Assembly: GCA_002499085.1 (NCBI GenBank)
Contig: DAKD01000036.1
Coordinates: 24,213 to 88,212 of the forward strand
Reading direction: 5' to 3'
Source of the DNA: Methanomassiliicoccales archaeon UBA280
GTDB taxonomy: Archaea > Thermoplasmatota > Thermoplasmata > SG8-5
DNA length: 64,000 bases
Shown in pieces: positions 63,401 to 64,000 of this stretch; positions within the stretch are counted from its first letter, which is position 1, and every line of letters starts with the position of its first letter. The notes below the pieces were generated by a model. The model had not been told where the DNA came from and made no database searches. It saw only the letters and a list, made by a program, of their open reading frames with translations. The translations under genes and the position numbers were made by a program.

Positions 63401-63442
63401 ACTTTTTCTTGGCTTCCTACTTTTTCTCACAGCCATCTGCAC
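60386..63442 (-). CDS. CheB-methylesterase / CheR-methyltransferase fusion with coiled coil and PAS domains
   Basis: CheB-like region: IVGIGASAGGLAAFEAFF, SGTGSDGTLG. CheR-like region: FFRDPEAFKAL, VWSPGCSTGEEAYS. NEEL-heptad coiled coil: ELETSNEELKSSNEEIQSANEELRSTNEELETSKEELQSINEEL. Two C-terminal PAS modules. The 3' end overlaps the kinase gene by 17 nt. Confidence 0.85.
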   Translation of the reverse strand: MQMAVRKSRKPRKSSENAAGNKRSKPIKNTEAQTKVASNGRFPIVGIGASAGGLAAFEAFFSGMPTGTDPGMAFILVQHLAPNHKSILTDLVKRYTRMQVYEVEDGMVVQPNCTYIIPPGHDMAFLNGTLQLLEPSAPRGQRFPIDFFFRSLAQDQHERAICIVLSGTGSDGTLGVRAIKSEGGMVMVQNPESAEYDGMPRSVIDTGLVDYELQPAKMPAKLIAYVSNDFGKSPGTPAVPSPKVESALKKVFILLRAQTGHDFSLYKPSTINRRIERRLAVQNIETMDAYVKFLQQSPAEVKALFNDLLIGVTNFFRDPEAFKALEEQVIPKLFAGKSASATIRVWSPGCSTGEEAYSIAILMLEHIEALKQSYTVQIFATDIDPQAIATARIGLFPASIAADISPERLARFFTIEPDGKAYCIHKDIRDMLVFSEQDVIKDPPFSKLDLISCRNLMIYMGTELQNKLIPLFHYALNQDGILFLGTSETVGESGDLFATLDRKAKLYQRKTDTHSMPRVPLGRFLPPMMQNASSLPRAEGNKPVKLPLRELTEQVLLQQVTPIGVLVNAQGDILYLHGRTGRFLEPAPGETGINNMLKMAREGLRHELSMALRKAVATKEVVRCPGLRIKTNSHFTTSNLSIHRVEASSTATFEAPLFLVILEEVPPLCPEETQQVTASTKGADTDAESHIVVLKQELLARDEYLLCVNKELETSNEELKSSNEEIQSANEELRSTNEELETSKEELQSINEELATVNVELQTNVMSLSVANNDKSNMLAGTNIGTVFLDTQMRIRDFTPAAVNILNLIPSDMGRPVGHIASNLVGYNHLTEDAQAVLDTLISEEKDVQTTEGKWYTMRILPYRTLKNVIEGVVITFVEITKIVQMREALRRLAVIVRDTHDAITVQDLEGRILAWNPSAVRLYGWGEDEALTMNVHDRIPERLRKSALVKLHQLSLAKVLEPYRTQRIAKDGTIVEVWVTATALVNETGKMYAIATTERVIKSKAGRTKEARSEPQE

Positions 63443-63569
63443 CTCTTCCGCAAATCCGCCAAAAATTCACGCTTGCGGGTGGCGGTTATTACGAGGATTC
63501 TCCATAAATACAATATGTTGAATTTTAATATATATAGTTAACGGAAACATTATCATTAGAACAGAATCA

Positions 63570-64000
63570 TCATAGAACGACGTCCCTTCCCCGTTGCCAG
63601 TAATAGCCAAACACAGCATCGCTCCATTCCAGCAACTCCGGCTCGGACGAGCAAAATGCCACGGAATAATCGACCTTGCCGCCCGTTGTTCTGAAACATA
63701 TCAAGGCTTCTGCCTCGCTGGCAATCAGGAAGAACGGAATGCTGCCAAGCGCTTTCACCCGGATGCCCAGCAGGCGGTTGTCCATGTACTCGGTCGGGAC
63801 CTTTTTACGCCCCGGCAGCATCATGTTTATCTGAAGGCCATACCTCAATTTCTCGGCCTGAACGGCCACCAGGGAATCGTTGAACTCGTCAAGAATGCAA
63901 TTCACCGCCTGCTTGGACTTCTCATTGATTCGGAGTATGGTGTTCACTACTTCCATGGTCCCCTCGATTTTCTCGCATGCCATGAGCGCCCGGAAGGGAT
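63570..64000 (-). CDS. C-terminal part of a DUF1724/FilR1-type archaeal regulator (5' end beyond the window)
   Basis: The frame stays open from the listed Met (63983) to the window edge. The C-terminal ~135 aa resemble the DUF1724 domain that follows an ArsR-type wHTH in methanogen regulators. That assignment is tentative. Confidence 0.55.
   Translation of the reverse strand, partial: PFRALMACEKIEGTMEVVNTILRINEKSKQAVNCILDEFNDSLVAVQAEKLRYGLQINMMLPGRKKVPTEYMDNRLLGIRVKALGSIPFFLIASEAEALICFRTTGGKVDYSVAFCSSEPELLEWSDAVFGYYWQRGRDVVL

Noticed and set aside
46940-63442. The signal-transduction cluster read as a chemotaxis (che) locus.
   Set aside because: No CheA, CheW, MCP or archaellum genes are present in the window. 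The CheB/CheR domains occur only as a PAS-linked fusion typical of non-chemotaxis sensory proteins.

Overview
This is a 64-kb archaeal chromosomal segment. The archaeal markers are the aIF-1A/Rio1/KH-protein trio at 27.4-29.1 kb, CDP-archaeol synthase, a FlaI/FlaJ-type secretion ATPase with its platform protein, a PEF-CTERM-like sorting signal and TATA-type promoters. A DUF1724/FilR1-like regulator and a response regulator with a V4R/methanogen-output-like domain suggest a methanogen-related lineage. I call 48 protein-coding genes, one tRNA(CAU) and several hairpin/repeat families. I saw no rRNA, CRISPR array, integrase or transposase. Layout: (i) 1-1.4 kb, the end of a surface protein. (ii) 1.8-2.4 kb, a toxin-antitoxin pair. 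(iii) 2.5-6.2 kb, a five-gene GDP-D-glycero-alpha-D-manno-heptose operon. (iv) pyrE and carS, separated by unusually long hairpin-rich spacers. (v) 8.7-21.5 kb, a three-gene surface locus: a 2436-aa protein ending in a clostripain/C11 domain, a sequon-rich membrane protein, and a 1426-aa beta-helix/PKD/SHOCT protein. This locus carries a strongly AT-rich block whose edges lie inside intact ORFs. (vi) An aldolase, a YdjM-like hydrolase, a type-IV-pilus-like ATPase operon, and aIF-1A/Rio1/KH. (vii) 29.3-41.4 kb, a minus-strand block of wHTH regulators and a 2821-aa two-anchor giant protein. The giant protein has a cytosolic TPR-(HhH)2-Zn-ribbon module, a TNGL repeat array, a TM helix, an FG-GAP/TSP3/LamG ectodomain and a PEF-CTERM-like end. 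It is preceded by a double-wHTH protein, a KaiC-like ATPase and a small Zn protein. This block is my best candidate for an undescribed system. (viii) 42.8-43.4 kb, a tRNA locus with a duplicated tRNA 5' end and tRNA-minihelix-like repeats that recur at 6.6 kb. (ix) An AT-rich islet with a KaiC-like pair. (x) 46.9-63.4 kb, a dense signal-transduction region with two histidine-kinase operons, split sensor proteins, a CheB-CheR-PAS fusion and a STAND wHTH-NTPase-TPR protein. All domain calls come from reading the translations. GC statements are visual estimates. Nothing was computed or searched.
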